Of a DNA stretch of 64,000 bases, positions 50,441 to 61,700 are shown piece by piece. Below the pieces are notes generated by a model. That model saw nothing but the letters and a program-made list of their open reading frames with translations, did no database searches and was not told where the DNA came from. A program made the position numbers and the translations under genes. Origin of the DNA: Candidatus Roizmanbacteria bacterium (lineage in GTDB: Bacteria; Patescibacteriota; Microgenomatia; UBA1406); NCBI GenBank assembly GCA_024654535.1, contig JANLHL010000016.1, forward strand, positions 224,626 to 288,625. The letters are read 5' to 3'. The number at the start of each line of letters is the position of its first letter. Position 1 is the first letter of the stretch.

Positions 50441-50672
50441 ATACCACATACGGTAGAAGCGCTAGTTCACGAGCTCGGCGTATCTCACGAGAGAGCTTGC
50501 GCTGGTGCGTTGCGCAAATACCTGTTTTATCTGATGACAAAATAGTACCACGAAAAGACATAAACTGCCTCATAGCTTCGTAGTTCTTATAGTCTGGCTC
50601 TGTCTTCTTTTTGCAAAAAGAACACTTAGCCGTCGATTTAAAATGGAATTTCTTCGTCGTCGATGTCCTCAT
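50430..50672 (-). CDS. rpsR: 30S ribosomal protein S18
   Basis: CSFC, DYK, TGICATHQR, RARELALLPY. Confidence 0.95.
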   Translation of the reverse strand: MRTSTTKKFHFKSTAKCSFCKKKTEPDYKNYEAMRQFMSFRGTILSSDKTGICATHQRKLSREIRRARELALLPYVVYEE

Positions 50673-51126
50673 TTGTTTTATTCTCCTCTACTTCTGCTGA
50701 CTCCTCAGCTTTTTTACCTTTTAATTCATTCTCCGATTTTCCGTCTTCAGTTTGACTCTCATTAGGTTCACCACTCTGTCCTGAAGTAGACTTGGGGGTG
50801 AGCACTATCATATTGTCCATCACTATTTCAGTAATATTCTTTTGTGTGCCGTCTTTCCCTTCGAACTGACGATAGACTATTCGACCTTCTACAAAAACTT
50901 TGCTTCCTTTGGACAAGAGTTGAGAACATAATTCGGCTAATTTACTCCAAGCAATTATTCTATGATATTGTACTTCTTCTTTCTTTTCACCGTTTGCAGT
51001 AACCCAATCTCTATTAGTGGCTAAACCAAACTGTGCGACTGCAGTGCCCTGCGGGGTATAGCGAAGCTCTGGATCTCGCGTTAAATTACCGATTAGTGTT
51101 ACTTTATTCAGTGATCGTGATGACAT
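50638..51126 (-). CDS. ssb: Single-stranded DNA-binding protein
   Basis: NKVTLIGNLTRDPELRYT; acidic DEEIPF tip. Confidence 0.97.
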   Translation of the reverse strand: MSSRSLNKVTLIGNLTRDPELRYTPQGTAVAQFGLATNRDWVTANGEKKEEVQYHRIIAWSKLAELCSQLLSKGSKVFVEGRIVYRQFEGKDGTQKNITEIVMDNMIVLTPKSTSGQSGEPNESQTEDGKSENELKGKKAEESAEVEENKTNEDIDDEEIPF

Positions 51127-51128
51127 AG

Positions 51129-51434
51129 TTATTCGGTGGCGGCTTTCTTTTTTGCCGAAACTTCTAATAACATATACCTCATTAATTTTTGCTCAAAATT
51201 AAGAAGTCTTCGTATTTCTTTGATGTTACTTGTTGGAATTCCAACATTCCATATAAAATAATGGCCTTTTCGCTCGTTGTGTATTGGGTAAGCTAAACGC
51301 TTTTCCCCCCAATCTTTTTCTTCAAGAATAGGAGCTTTATTTTGCTTAAAAACAGCACGGACACGATCTATCGTCTCCTGCTTCTGTTCTGGTTCGGATG
51401 GCACTACAAAAACAAATTCATAATGGGATGTCAT
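51129..51434 (-). CDS. rpsF: 30S ribosomal protein S6
   Basis: YE, WGEKRLAYPI, rpsF-ssb-rpsR order. Confidence 0.95.
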   Translation of the reverse strand: MTSHYEFVFVVPSEPEQKQETIDRVRAVFKQNKAPILEEKDWGEKRLAYPIHNERKGHYFIWNVGIPTSNIKEIRRLLNFEQKLMRYMLLEVSAKKKAATE

Positions 51435-51489
51435 ACTGCAAAACTATAACAAATCATCTGCGCATTTGCAACAGAGACTATAGAAATAG

Positions 51490-51693
51490 AATATCCAATA
51501 TTATCCCAAATTTAAATATCACCTAACTCTAAATTCCAATGGAAATAACGATCGTCATTGCGAGGGAGGAACGACCGAAGCGATCTAACTAAGAAAGAGA
51601 TTGCTTCACTACGTTCGCAATGACAGATAATTTACTTTTTGGTATTTGAACTTTGTCATTTATTGGATATTTGATATTGGATATTTGAGTTTC
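51490..51693. repeat. Composite palindromic element (heptamer arms plus GTCATTGCGAG..TCGCAATGAC core)
   Basis: Core 51554-51624 is homologous to 7757-7840; arms AATATCCAA / TTGGATATT. Confidence 0.8.
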
Positions 51694-51698
51694 TCATA

Positions 51699-52667
51699 CT
51701 ATATATACGTTTCAGCCAGGAAAAAAAGAATATAAATACCTAGTAAAACAACTGCTTCCCACTTTTCAAAGCGACGTTTTGTAAATGAAAAGATAAAAAA
51801 AAGAGAAAAAGTGATAATGAGCGCAGCGATTGACAATGAATAATGACTAAAAATTGATATGCGAATTGGTCTTATGAGCGCTGTTAAACCAACGACAAGA
51901 TTTGCGTTCGCAACAAGAGAACCATAAATATCACCATAAAGTACGTCAATTTCTTTTCTACGAATAGCTACCATTGCGACAAATAACTCTGGCAAACTTG
52001 TGCCTGGAGCAACGATAAAAAGTGCAACAAGAAATGGTTGAATACCCAGTAACTGTGCGAGGAGGAGCGAGCTTTTGAGCAAAAAATGTGCTGCACATAT
52101 CATAAGTATTGTTGACCCAACCGCAATGATAGTAGCCTTCAAAATGTTTTTATCTTCAAAGCTCATTACAATACGAGAAAGGACATTTCTAAACCCATAG
52201 ACACCAGTTGGTCGCTTGTTGAAAATATAGACTGCGTACACAAAAAAAAGAAACAACAGAAAAAAACCGTCAAAACGAGAAATAATACCATCAGCGCCAA
52301 GTAAAAATGGGAATAGTGACGCACTCAATAAGATTAAAATAGTCTGGCGAGAAAAATGAGCCTTTCTAATATTTAATACCATGCCAGAAACCAATATTGC
52401 TATAGGCATAATGAGTGCAATATTTGCAATGTTGGATCCGATAGCATTACCAAAACCAAATTCTGAATTCTTCTCTACTGCAGATATTATCCCAACAAAT
52501 AGCTCAGGAATCGAAGTCGCCACGCCGGTAAATATACTGGCGAGAAAAAAAACTGAGAATATGGTTCTCCCAGAAAGATCATGTATAGCTTTCACCAAAT
52601 AATCAGAGGATTTGTAGAGTATAAACGACAAAGCAAGAATTGCAGCAATGAGAATACCAACAGTCAT
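51699..52667 (-). CDS. Na+/Ca2+ antiporter (CaCA family)
   Basis: TSIPEL..GNAIGSNIAN and GTSLPEL alpha repeats. Confidence 0.92.
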   Translation of the reverse strand: MTVGILIAAILALSFILYKSSDYLVKAIHDLSGRTIFSVFFLASIFTGVATSIPELFVGIISAVEKNSEFGFGNAIGSNIANIALIMPIAILVSGMVLNIRKAHFSRQTILILLSASLFPFLLGADGIISRFDGFFLLFLFFVYAVYIFNKRPTGVYGFRNVLSRIVMSFEDKNILKATIIAVGSTILMICAAHFLLKSSLLLAQLLGIQPFLVALFIVAPGTSLPELFVAMVAIRRKEIDVLYGDIYGSLVANANLVVGLTALIRPIRISIFSHYSLSIAALIITFSLFFIFSFTKRRFEKWEAVVLLGIYILFFLAETYI

Positions 52668-52717
52668 ACATAAAGACTATCGATTTTCAAAAAATATGCA
52701 ATAGTTCTTTAAAATAA

Positions 52718-54151
52718 TTACGGGGTAAGTAAGTCTAAAGGATTTTGTGCAACAACAAAGCTACCAAATTCTGTATCCTCGACTTTATATCCCTCACGCT
52801 CGATTTTTAAACGTGCAGCATCCGCCTCATCAAATTTAGATTCTTTTCGAAAATTACTTCGCGAGTCTGCCATATCGAAGATTTTTTGTGGAACTTTATA
52901 TTTTAGTATATCCCGAAGCCTCAAACCAAGGACTTCATCAAAACTAAGTATAGTTGCCAATTTATCTGATCCTGCTTCATCACTGTTTATTACTTCCCAT
53001 AAAATAGCAAGTGCTTTTGGTATATTCACGTCGTCTTCTATAGCTTGTATAAACTTTTTTTGTTGTACTTCTATGATAGTCCCCTGTTTGACGTTTGTTT
53101 GAGCAAGTAACATTACGGTAGATAATATACTGTTAAGTGCACTTGTAGACGCCTGCAAAGCCTCAAACGTGAAGTTTTGGCGAGAACGATAGTGTGCTTG
53201 CAAAAAAAAGTATCGTAGAGCCAATGGGTGATATCCTTTTTGTTGTAAATCATCAATGCTATACACATTACCTAGTGATTTCGACATTTTTTCTCCGTTG
53301 ACCAATAAATGCTCGTAATGCATCCAGTAACGTACAAACGTTTTCCCCGTTGCAGCTTCGCTCTGGGCTATTTCATTCGTATGGTGAACCGGTATATGCT
53401 CAACACCACCCATATGAATATCTAATGTTTCGCCCAAATTTTTCATACTCATTGCAGAACATTCTATGTGCCAGCCGGGAAATCCTTCACCATTTTCAAC
53501 AAGTCGAGATCGAAACGGTGATGGCCAATACTGCAGTACATGCGCATGTGTCCCCGCTTTAAAAAACCACAAAGCAAAGTCTGCTGGATTTTTTTTATTA
53601 CTATCCTCTACCGTTCCTTTTCCAGCTCCGACAACAAGCGCTTCTCTGTTTTGACGCGAAAGCGTATCATAGGCTGGAAATGTTTCCGTATCAAAATATA
53701 CAGCCAAATCAGTAGAATATGCATGTTTACTATCAAGTAGTTTTTGAGTCAGCTGTATAATCTCAGAAATATATTCTGTTGCTCTACACAAAATGGTCGG
53801 TTTTTGCGTGTGTAGTAGATGACAATCTTTTTCGAAAATTGCAATGTATTTTTCGGCTATTTGTTTTGGACTCATTCCTTCGCGCTTTGCTCCTTTTTCC
53901 ATTTTATCTTCACCGGTGTCACTGTCTGACGTTAGGTGACCAACGTCGGTATAGTTCCGAACAAAATTGACACCATAACCTACAAAATTAAGCGTGCGAA
54001 CAACCAAATCGGTCATAACGACCGCTCGCAAGTTTCCTATATGTTGGATCCAATAGACAGTAGGGCCACATTGATATAACGAAGCCTTTCCAATTCGTAG
54101 GGGGTTAAATTCATGCTTTTTCCGAGTGAGTGTGTCGTAGATTTGTAGCAT
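52718..54151 (-). CDS. cysS: Cysteine--tRNA ligase
   Basis: CGPTVY, HIGN, PGWHIECS, KMSKS. Confidence 0.97.
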   Translation of the reverse strand: MLQIYDTLTRKKHEFNPLRIGKASLYQCGPTVYWIQHIGNLRAVVMTDLVVRTLNFVGYGVNFVRNYTDVGHLTSDSDTGEDKMEKGAKREGMSPKQIAEKYIAIFEKDCHLLHTQKPTILCRATEYISEIIQLTQKLLDSKHAYSTDLAVYFDTETFPAYDTLSRQNREALVVGAGKGTVEDSNKKNPADFALWFFKAGTHAHVLQYWPSPFRSRLVENGEGFPGWHIECSAMSMKNLGETLDIHMGGVEHIPVHHTNEIAQSEAATGKTFVRYWMHYEHLLVNGEKMSKSLGNVYSIDDLQQKGYHPLALRYFFLQAHYRSRQNFTFEALQASTSALNSILSTVMLLAQTNVKQGTIIEVQQKKFIQAIEDDVNIPKALAILWEVINSDEAGSDKLATILSFDEVLGLRLRDILKYKVPQKIFDMADSRSNFRKESKFDEADAARLKIEREGYKVEDTEFGSFVVAQNPLDLLTP

Positions 54152-54207
54152 AGTATCAGTATACCACAGCACAAGTTTGAATTTTTAACTCTTAATTTTA
54201 GACTCTT

Positions 54208-54774
54208 TTATCCCTGACTCTTCCCCGCCTTGTATTCAGTCCTATTCAAATCTTGTGGTGATGATTTACGTTTTTTAGTTGCAAACAAACTCCCTCGTTG
54301 TTTCTTGCCACTCACCGGAATATGCAGTTCCAAGGGAGCATGCGCTTGATCTCTCTCACTCAGCTGCTTCATGCTACGGTCGTACGCACTCTCTTGAGGC
54401 TGATTCGTCGCGTTAAATTGACCCCGTAGTGCAGCTCCAAGCGTTTGTTTCGCCTGCGCTTGTTTTTTTGCATCATTCTTGGCAAAAAGCTCTTGTATAT
54501 TAAGAGCGCTATGCGCTCCTTCCTTCGCACTTATCGGCGGCTTACCTACTCTCTCTTCACCTTTCAGCCAATCTTTTGCCCATGAATTACCATCCTCATG
54601 CGTTACACTTCCAAATAGAGCAGTCTTGATAAGATCGACAGGGAGCATAGTGACTCCCTTTACAATCTCTTTTCCCATTTCACCAAATTGAGCTCCGACC
54701 TCATGTGACACGTCGTAAAAAAACGAACCGATACTTTGTCTTAGTCCACTTTTATTTTTATTTCGTAGTATCAT
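54208..54774 (-). CDS. Hypothetical protein
   Basis: 188-aa ORF co-oriented with its neighbours. Confidence 0.65.
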   Translation of the reverse strand: MILRNKNKSGLRQSIGSFFYDVSHEVGAQFGEMGKEIVKGVTMLPVDLIKTALFGSVTHEDGNSWAKDWLKGEERVGKPPISAKEGAHSALNIQELFAKNDAKKQAQAKQTLGAALRGQFNATNQPQESAYDRSMKQLSERDQAHAPLELHIPVSGKKQRGSLFATKKRKSSPQDLNRTEYKAGKSQG

Positions 54775-54802
54775 TTTTTATGATTACTTTTCATTTTTAA
54801 CC

Positions 54803-55117
54803 CTAGACAATTCCTAGTTTTACCCTTGCGTCATCACTGAGCATTTCCATAGACCACGGAGGATCAAATACTAAGTTTGGTAATACTTTTTTTACCCATG
54901 ACAACTCTTGTACTTTTTCAATAATTTGCTGCTCAATAAGAGAATAAAGCGGACACCCTATGGTGGTAAGCGTCATCGTTACGTTCACACTGCCGTTCTT
55001 TTCTGAAACACTGTAGATGAGCCCCATGTCGGTAAGCGGGATATAGAGTTCAGGATCAAGGATTTCTGCCAACTTCCTCCACACTTCTTTTTCTCGAGGC
55101 GTTTTCACTTTTTCCAT
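54803..55117 (-). CDS. DUF59/SufT-like metal-sulfur cluster assembly protein
   Basis: DPEL..L.DMGLIY, MTLTT.GCP, FDPPW. Confidence 0.92.
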   Translation of the reverse strand: MEKVKTPREKEVWRKLAEILDPELYIPLTDMGLIYSVSEKNGSVNVTMTLTTIGCPLYSLIEQQIIEKVQELSWVKKVLPNLVFDPPWSMEMLSDDARVKLGIV

Positions 55118-55184
55118 GAGAACATTATATCAGCTCTCAGCTTAAAACTAGGCATCTAAACGTGCCCATCCAAGCGAGCCAAGC

Positions 55185-55691
55185 TCATACACTCCTAAAG
55201 GGGGTTTGAGTACGAGATCGGATTTCCCTTTTTACGATATATGTTACTGCCAGGATGACAATCGGGACCACATATGAGGCAACTGCAAAAACAGGATCTG
55301 TCCAACTAAAGAGTCCACGAATAGAATAATGAGATAGAGGGTATAAAAATGGCGTTTGAAAATGTGTATGGCCTGGCAAATCCATAAGTATGTGCATGAG
55401 TGGCCACGCAAGCATTTCAAATGGAAATTTCCTTTTCAAAATATAAACAACCCCTATGATTGAAAAGCTTATGATAAAACTGTGTGTCGATGCATAGAGG
55501 TGATACATCCAAAGCGGCCCATTTGAATAGTCAGTCGGAACTGCACTTTTCGTTAAAATAAGATATATGGCTAAGGGAATTGCCCACACAAAATCTGGAA
55601 ATATAGCCCACCACACAGCCTTCTTCCAATTCAAACGTGGAATAGGTTTGTATACTGCATAGGCTAGTAGAGCATGTGCTGGAATGGTCAT
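55185..55691 (-). CDS. Membrane-bound metal-dependent hydrolase-like protein
   Basis: H..., PD, THS, HILMD, PFLYP. Confidence 0.7.
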   Translation of the reverse strand: MTIPAHALLAYAVYKPIPRLNWKKAVWWAIFPDFVWAIPLAIYLILTKSAVPTDYSNGPLWMYHLYASTHSFIISFSIIGVVYILKRKFPFEMLAWPLMHILMDLPGHTHFQTPFLYPLSHYSIRGLFSWTDPVFAVASYVVPIVILAVTYIVKREIRSRTQTPFRSV

Positions 55692-56446
55692 AATAAATCA
55701 GGTCTTCTTTTTTTTGTAATAACCCATGCTTGCTTGAGCCGCCACGCAGCAATTTTTTTATGATCGCCCGATAAAAGTATAGCGGGAACTTCCTGCTTGT
55801 CAAATTCCTGTGGACGCGTATATTGAGGATACTCAAGCAAACGCACTTTTTGTATACCTTTTCGCTCTAGTTTTTCAATCAATACATCGTTTATACCTGC
55901 TCGCTTTATTTCATCGAGTAACACTTCTTGAAATGTTTCTTCTGTGGTAGCTGTTTCCTTTTCAAGTACACCTGGTAACAAACGGACAACGCTATCTATG
56001 AGCATAGCTGCCGGAAGTTCTCCACCAGTTAAAACAAAATCGCCAATTGAAATCTCTTCGTCTACGTGTTGCATTATTCGCTCATCAACTCCCTCGTAAT
56101 GCCCCGCTATGATCAGTAGATGTTCGAGTTTTGCATATCTCTTTGCGTGTTTTTGTGTGTACGTTTCTCCTCGTGCAGAGGTAAGGACTATATGGGTGTT
56201 TTCCCCGTGATGCTTCTTTTGAGTAAGTGAAGAAATAGCCTTACTCAAAACATCAACCCTCATAAGCATGCCTGCTCCCCCTCCATACACATGGTCATCC
56301 ACTGTCCCATATGCATCAATGGCAAAATCGCGTATGTTTATAACATCAATACTAACTGCCTTTTTCGCTTGTGCTCTCTTCACTATGCTTTCGTTTAGAA
56401 AACCACTCAGCATATCTGGAAACAGAGTTAATATAGTAATATGCAT
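55688..56446 (-). CDS. trmD: tRNA (guanine37-N1)-methyltransferase
   Basis: TLFPDM, YGGGAGM, GHYEGVDER, IGDFVLTGGE, YPQYTRP. Confidence 0.97.
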   Translation of the reverse strand: MHITILTLFPDMLSGFLNESIVKRAQAKKAVSIDVINIRDFAIDAYGTVDDHVYGGGAGMLMRVDVLSKAISSLTQKKHHGENTHIVLTSARGETYTQKHAKRYAKLEHLLIIAGHYEGVDERIMQHVDEEISIGDFVLTGGELPAAMLIDSVVRLLPGVLEKETATTEETFQEVLLDEIKRAGINDVLIEKLERKGIQKVRLLEYPQYTRPQEFDKQEVPAILLSGDHKKIAAWRLKQAWVITKKRRPDLL

Positions 56447-56506
56447 TATAGCTAGTATATCACGTACGGACTGGTAGTTTCCTCTCTTATACGGTATACT
56501 GTGTGT

Positions 56507-57484
56507 ATGCTTATCGATACTGCACACATCACCGTCAAGGCTGGAGATGGTGGTGATGGGCGGGTATCATTTCGTAGAGAAAAATATATTCCAAAAGGAG
56601 GTCCAGATGGAGGTAATGGTGGAAAAGGTGGCAATGTTTATATTCAAGGTAGAAACGATATACGTCTCTTAAAAAAATACCGCGCAAAAACTAGAATAGA
56701 CGCAGATGACGGAGATAATGGACAAGAAAATAAAAAAACCGGTAAGAATGGTCGCGACACTACCCTACTCGTACCTTTAGGTACTCGAGTGATAATACAC
56801 CCATACAATATAGTACTGGATATCGTAGAAGAAGAAAAACCGTATCGTATTGCGAGTGGTGGAAAGGGTGGAAAGGGAAACTGGGAATTTAGATCAGCCA
56901 CGAATCAAACCCCTCGTGAAGCCGAGAAAGGCCGTCTCGGTGAGACGGTTCAGCTCGTTTTTGAACTTCGTCTTATTGCAGATATTGGCTTAATGGGTTT
57001 GCCAAATGTTGGCAAGTCAAGTCTGCTGAATGTCCTTACTCAAGCACATGCACGTGTTGCAGACTATCACTTTACAACACTGGAACCAAACTTAGGTACA
57101 TTTCAAAAGTATATTATTGCGGATATTCCTGGGCTTATAGAGGGTGCATCAAATGGAAAAGGTCTTGGTTTTCAATTCTTGAAACATATATCGAGAACTC
57201 GTCTGTTAGTGCATTGTATAGCGTGCGATTCTCCCGATCCTAAGCGTGACTACGATACGGTGCAAAGAGAGCTACAAACATACGATATAGATCTTCTTGA
57301 GCGTCCTCAAATTATTCTGTGCACCAAAAGCGATTTACTACCGGAAATGTCAAACGCCCAAAAGAAACAGTTTATGAAGAAAATTCGCTCGCTTGCTTCC
57401 GATGTCTTATTTGTTTCTATTCTCGACGATGAATCGATAGATACGCTTACTCAAACTTTGATCGAAAAACTCAACAGTAAATAA
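56507..57484 (+). CDS. obgE: GTPase ObgE
   Basis: Gly-rich Obg fold, GLPNVGKS, FTTLEP, DIPGL. Confidence 0.96.
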   Translation: MLIDTAHITVKAGDGGDGRVSFRREKYIPKGGPDGGNGGKGGNVYIQGRNDIRLLKKYRAKTRIDADDGDNGQENKKTGKNGRDTTLLVPLGTRVIIHPYNIVLDIVEEEKPYRIASGGKGGKGNWEFRSATNQTPREAEKGRLGETVQLVFELRLIADIGLMGLPNVGKSSLLNVLTQAHARVADYHFTTLEPNLGTFQKYIIADIPGLIEGASNGKGLGFQFLKHISRTRLLVHCIACDSPDPKRDYDTVQRELQTYDIDLLERPQIILCTKSDLLPEMSNAQKKQFMKKIRSLASDVLFVSILDDESIDTLTQTLIEKLNSK

Positions 57485-57521
57485 ATTTGAACTTTTGGCA
57501 TCGAGCAGGTAGAGTTAGCAT

Positions 57522-58751
57522 ATGATAGGAGCACCATTTCTTCATGAAGATACCAATAGGTTTGATACTTTCTTGTTTTCAATTCTAACTGCCCTATTTT
57601 CATTAGCAACAGGAGCAGTTTTATATCTACTTCCTCTCTACCTTTTAGGACTTGTTGGATCCGCTGCGCTTGTTGGACTTATTATTGGTGGCACATACCT
57701 ATGGAATATAGCAGTTGACTTACTACTCACAAAGCTTGGGAAAAAGAGTAGATACTCACTGATTATTAAAGTTTCATTTCTGATACTTTTACTGTTTGCC
57801 TCAGTAAATACCATTCACGTTGATATTCGATTTGTCATACTATCACTCCTTATGCTTGGGACTGCACAAGAGTTATTTCAATTTGGCACATATCAATATA
57901 TAGCACAGAAAGGCAATGACAAAACGTACTCACGTCTCTTTTCTGTATTTTCATTTTTCAGTGCGCTTGGTATGTCGCTCGGTCCGATAGTAAGCTCATT
58001 CGTTCTCACTATTCATTATCGATTTATGTTCGATATTATTGGATATATTGCACTAATTTGTGTAGGCATTTCTCTCACTTGGCTCGATCGACAAAACCAG
58101 AACCAGCAATTAGAACTGGTGAAGCCACTTGCACGATGGTCATTGGTAAAGGAATGGCACGTATGGAAACACTTATTGAGGGGGGACGTAACGTTATTTT
58201 TTGCTTTTTTGCTTTTTGGCGTCTTTTGGGGGATGGTCTGGTTTGTCGGACCACTGTTGTCGTTAGATACGCTTCACCTTGGCGCATGGGCTGGCGTACT
58301 TATGGGTGCATTCTCACTGCCAAGAATGTTACCACGTTCATGGTTCAAAACCTTGCACATTATTTCTCCACCCTATCAAATTGCCCTTTCTTTTCTCTGT
58401 ACTGGCTTCTCACTTCTTCTATTTACTATCGTCACTAACCCAATTCTCATTCTACTGTGTGCATTTGTTGCAGTAGCTGTTTTGCAGATAGCATATCCAA
58501 CAGTCGCAACACTACTTGAAGAAAAAGCTAAGCAATCTCAAGATCAATCCCAATACGAGGGCGGTAGCCTATTATTTAGGAACGTAGGTTATATCTTAGG
58601 TTCGCTTATTGCAGGCGCACTCGTAGCTCAATCCTATAGCCTCACCTACCCATTTTTAGTTCTGTCACTCTTGTTCTTTATTGCTGCACTGCTGTTTGTC
58701 TATCACGCAAAAACAACGTCTATAGTCGAGTGGCTGAGTAGAAAAATATAG
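57522..58751 (+). CDS. MFS transporter
   Basis: About 12 TM helices with MFS-like GP motifs. Confidence 0.8.
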   Translation: MIGAPFLHEDTNRFDTFLFSILTALFSLATGAVLYLLPLYLLGLVGSAALVGLIIGGTYLWNIAVDLLLTKLGKKSRYSLIIKVSFLILLLFASVNTIHVDIRFVILSLLMLGTAQELFQFGTYQYIAQKGNDKTYSRLFSVFSFFSALGMSLGPIVSSFVLTIHYRFMFDIIGYIALICVGISLTWLDRQNQNQQLELVKPLARWSLVKEWHVWKHLLRGDVTLFFAFLLFGVFWGMVWFVGPLLSLDTLHLGAWAGVLMGAFSLPRMLPRSWFKTLHIISPPYQIALSFLCTGFSLLLFTIVTNPILILLCAFVAVAVLQIAYPTVATLLEEKAKQSQDQSQYEGGSLLFRNVGYILGSLIAGALVAQSYSLTYPFLVLSLLFFIAALLFVYHAKTTSIVEWLSRKI

Positions 58752-58766
58752 CATTTCAAACATATA

Positions 58767-61700
58767 TCAGGCACCGTATTCATCCCATGCATTAATACTC
58801 AGTTGCTCCAGTGTGTAATCAGAACAAGCCTTAATAAATGCCATCGCTTTTTTACTGTCAGTAATTAAATAGACATTACTATCGATCGTTGCTCGACGAA
58901 TGATGTAGTCGTCACGAACATCTTTCTTATAACTTGAATCGACGATATTAATGACGATGTCTATTTTCTTTTTATGCAAAAAGTCTATGACATTTGGTTT
59001 CATTCTTTCATGTATCTTATAGAGTTTTCGGGCATAAATTTTATTCTTTCTCAAAAATCTTGCCGTCTTATCAGTCGCGTAAATAGGTAATCCTAACTTG
59101 CTCATCCGGTATGCAGTACGCAAAAAGCGGATTTTATTCTCGTCCCCACCAAGCGATAAAAAGATACCTTTCGAAGGTATTTTTCCACCAACGCTGAGCT
59201 CAGCTTTTAGCAATGCCTCTTCAAACGTATGCCCAAAACAACCCACTTCCCCAGTCGAGGCCATCTCGACTCGCAAGGTCGGATCTGCTCCCTCAAGCCG
59301 CGCAAAGGAAAACTGAGGAGCTTTCACGACTACATAATCGCAATATCCCAATGTATGTTTTTTTCCTTTTCCAAAAAAGCTATCTGCTATATATCGCGTG
59401 AAGTTTACGTTGGATGCTTTCGATATAAATGGCAATGTTCTTGATGCGCGAAGATTTAGTTCAATAACATAGACAATGTTGTTTCTCGCTAAAAATTGAA
59501 TATTGAACGGACCAGTTATAGAAAATTTCTTTGCGAGTTTATGAGCAATATTTTGAATCTGGCTCTCTGTCTTCAAATATACCTTTTGAGCTGGATACGC
59601 AATGGTCGCATCTCCAGAGTGAACACCGGCACTTTCTACATGTTCTGAAATCGCCTGTATAAGAATCTCTCCATACTGCGCTACACCATCATATTCTATC
59701 TCCCGTGCACCCTCAACAAACTTTGATACAGTCACGGGATATTTTTTATTAATATACCCAACTGTTCCCATATACTCTTCGAGGTCTTTCTTTGTATAGC
59801 ACACCATCATCGCATCACCCGAGAGAACAAATGATGGACGTATCAACACTGGATACCCTACGTTCTCAGCAAAAGAAACGGCTTTATCAACTGAAGTAAG
59901 TTGTGACCATGACGGTTGCTTTATGTCGAGTGTGTCGAGCGTGTCAGAAAATGTATTTCTGTTCTCTGCTTTCCTTATTTCCAATGGATCAGTCCCTAAG
60001 ATGTGTGCGCCGTTTTTGGCGAGAGGTAAAGCCAAGTTGTTTGGAATTTGTCCGCCAACTGACACTATTACACCATATGGATTTTCAAAAGAATAGATAT
60101 CGAGTATCCTCTCCAGTGTTAATTCCTCAAAATACAAACGATCAGACATGTCATAATCTGTAGAAACAGTTTCTGGATTGCAGTTTATAATTATCGACTT
60201 CTTCTTATGCTTATGCAAATACTGTGCCGTATTGACACAAGCCCAATCGAATTCAACTGATGAACCAATTCTATACGGCCCAGAACCTAGTACAATAATT
60301 GCTCTGTGCATGAGTGGACGAATATCATGATGCGAACCTATATAGGTTGCGTAGAGATAGTTAGTTTTTGCTGGCACCTCACCGGCCAATGTGTCTATTT
60401 GGAAAAATGAGGGGGTTATAGCATTTGCAATACGTATCTTTCGTACATCCTCCTCTTTCTTTTTTGTCAGTTGTGCTATACAACTATCAGAATATCCACT
60501 TTGCTTTGCTTCTGTTAATACTTGTATTGATAACGTGTGGGCCTCATGTTTTAGCTTCTTTTCTATCGAAACTATTTTAGAAATCCCGTACAAAAACCAA
60601 GGATCTATACCAGTCATCTCGTGAATATCTGGAATCGTAAAACCTCTTCTTAAAGCCTCATACAAGTGAAAAATTCGCTTCGGTGTAGGATTTTCTAACA
60701 ATGTGCGTATGTCTGTATCTTTCATACTTACATACGTATCACTAACTATACCATCTTCTCCAATATCAAGCATGCGTATAGCCTTTTGAAGTGTCTCTTC
60801 AAAATTTCTACCTATAGCCATTACTTCACCAACCGATTTCATACTGCTACCAATTTGCTGATGAACATCCTTAAATTTATCCAGATCCCACCGTGGCATC
60901 TTAACGACTATATAATCAAGTGCAGGTTCAAAAAACGCAGAAGTCGTGTGTGTTACTGTATTTTTAAGCTCAAATAATCCTCTACCTAAAGCTAATTTTG
61001 CTGCAACATAGGCTAGTGGATAACCGGTCGCTTTTGATGCCAAAGCGGATGAACGAGAAAGACGAGCATTCACTTCGATAACTGCGTAGTCAATATCTTG
61101 CTTTTTAGGATGTGGATTGAGTGCAAACTGTACATTGCACTCCCCAACTATTTTCAACGATTGTACTATGTCAATTGCCTTTTCTCGCAAAAAATGATAT
61201 TCATGGTTTGAAAGTGTTTGGCTCGGTGCAACAACAATAGATTCCCCAGTGTGAATGCCAAGCGGATCCATATTTTCCATATTACAGACAGTGACACAAT
61301 TACCAAATCGGTCACGAACAACCTCGTACTCAATTTCCTTATAGTGATGCAGGTATTGTTCGACTAAGACTTGTGATGAGAATGAAAAGGCATCTGTGAC
61401 GCGTTGATGTAACTGCTTCTCATTGTACGCAGGACCAGATTTTTGACCTCCTAATGCATATGCTGCTCTTACCATAACTGGGTATCCGAGCCTTTTTGCA
61501 GCTAGTTTAGATTGTGCAACGGTTGTAGTAGCTATACTTTTTGGAGTATTTATCTGAATCTTCTTAAGGTGATGAGCAAATTTATCCCTATCTTCCGTTT
61601 TGATTATTGAACTCACATGGGTACCATAGACCGTTATGTTATGTTTTTGTAAAATCTTCTTTCTATAAAGTTCAACGCCGCAATTGAGAGCTGTTTGGCC

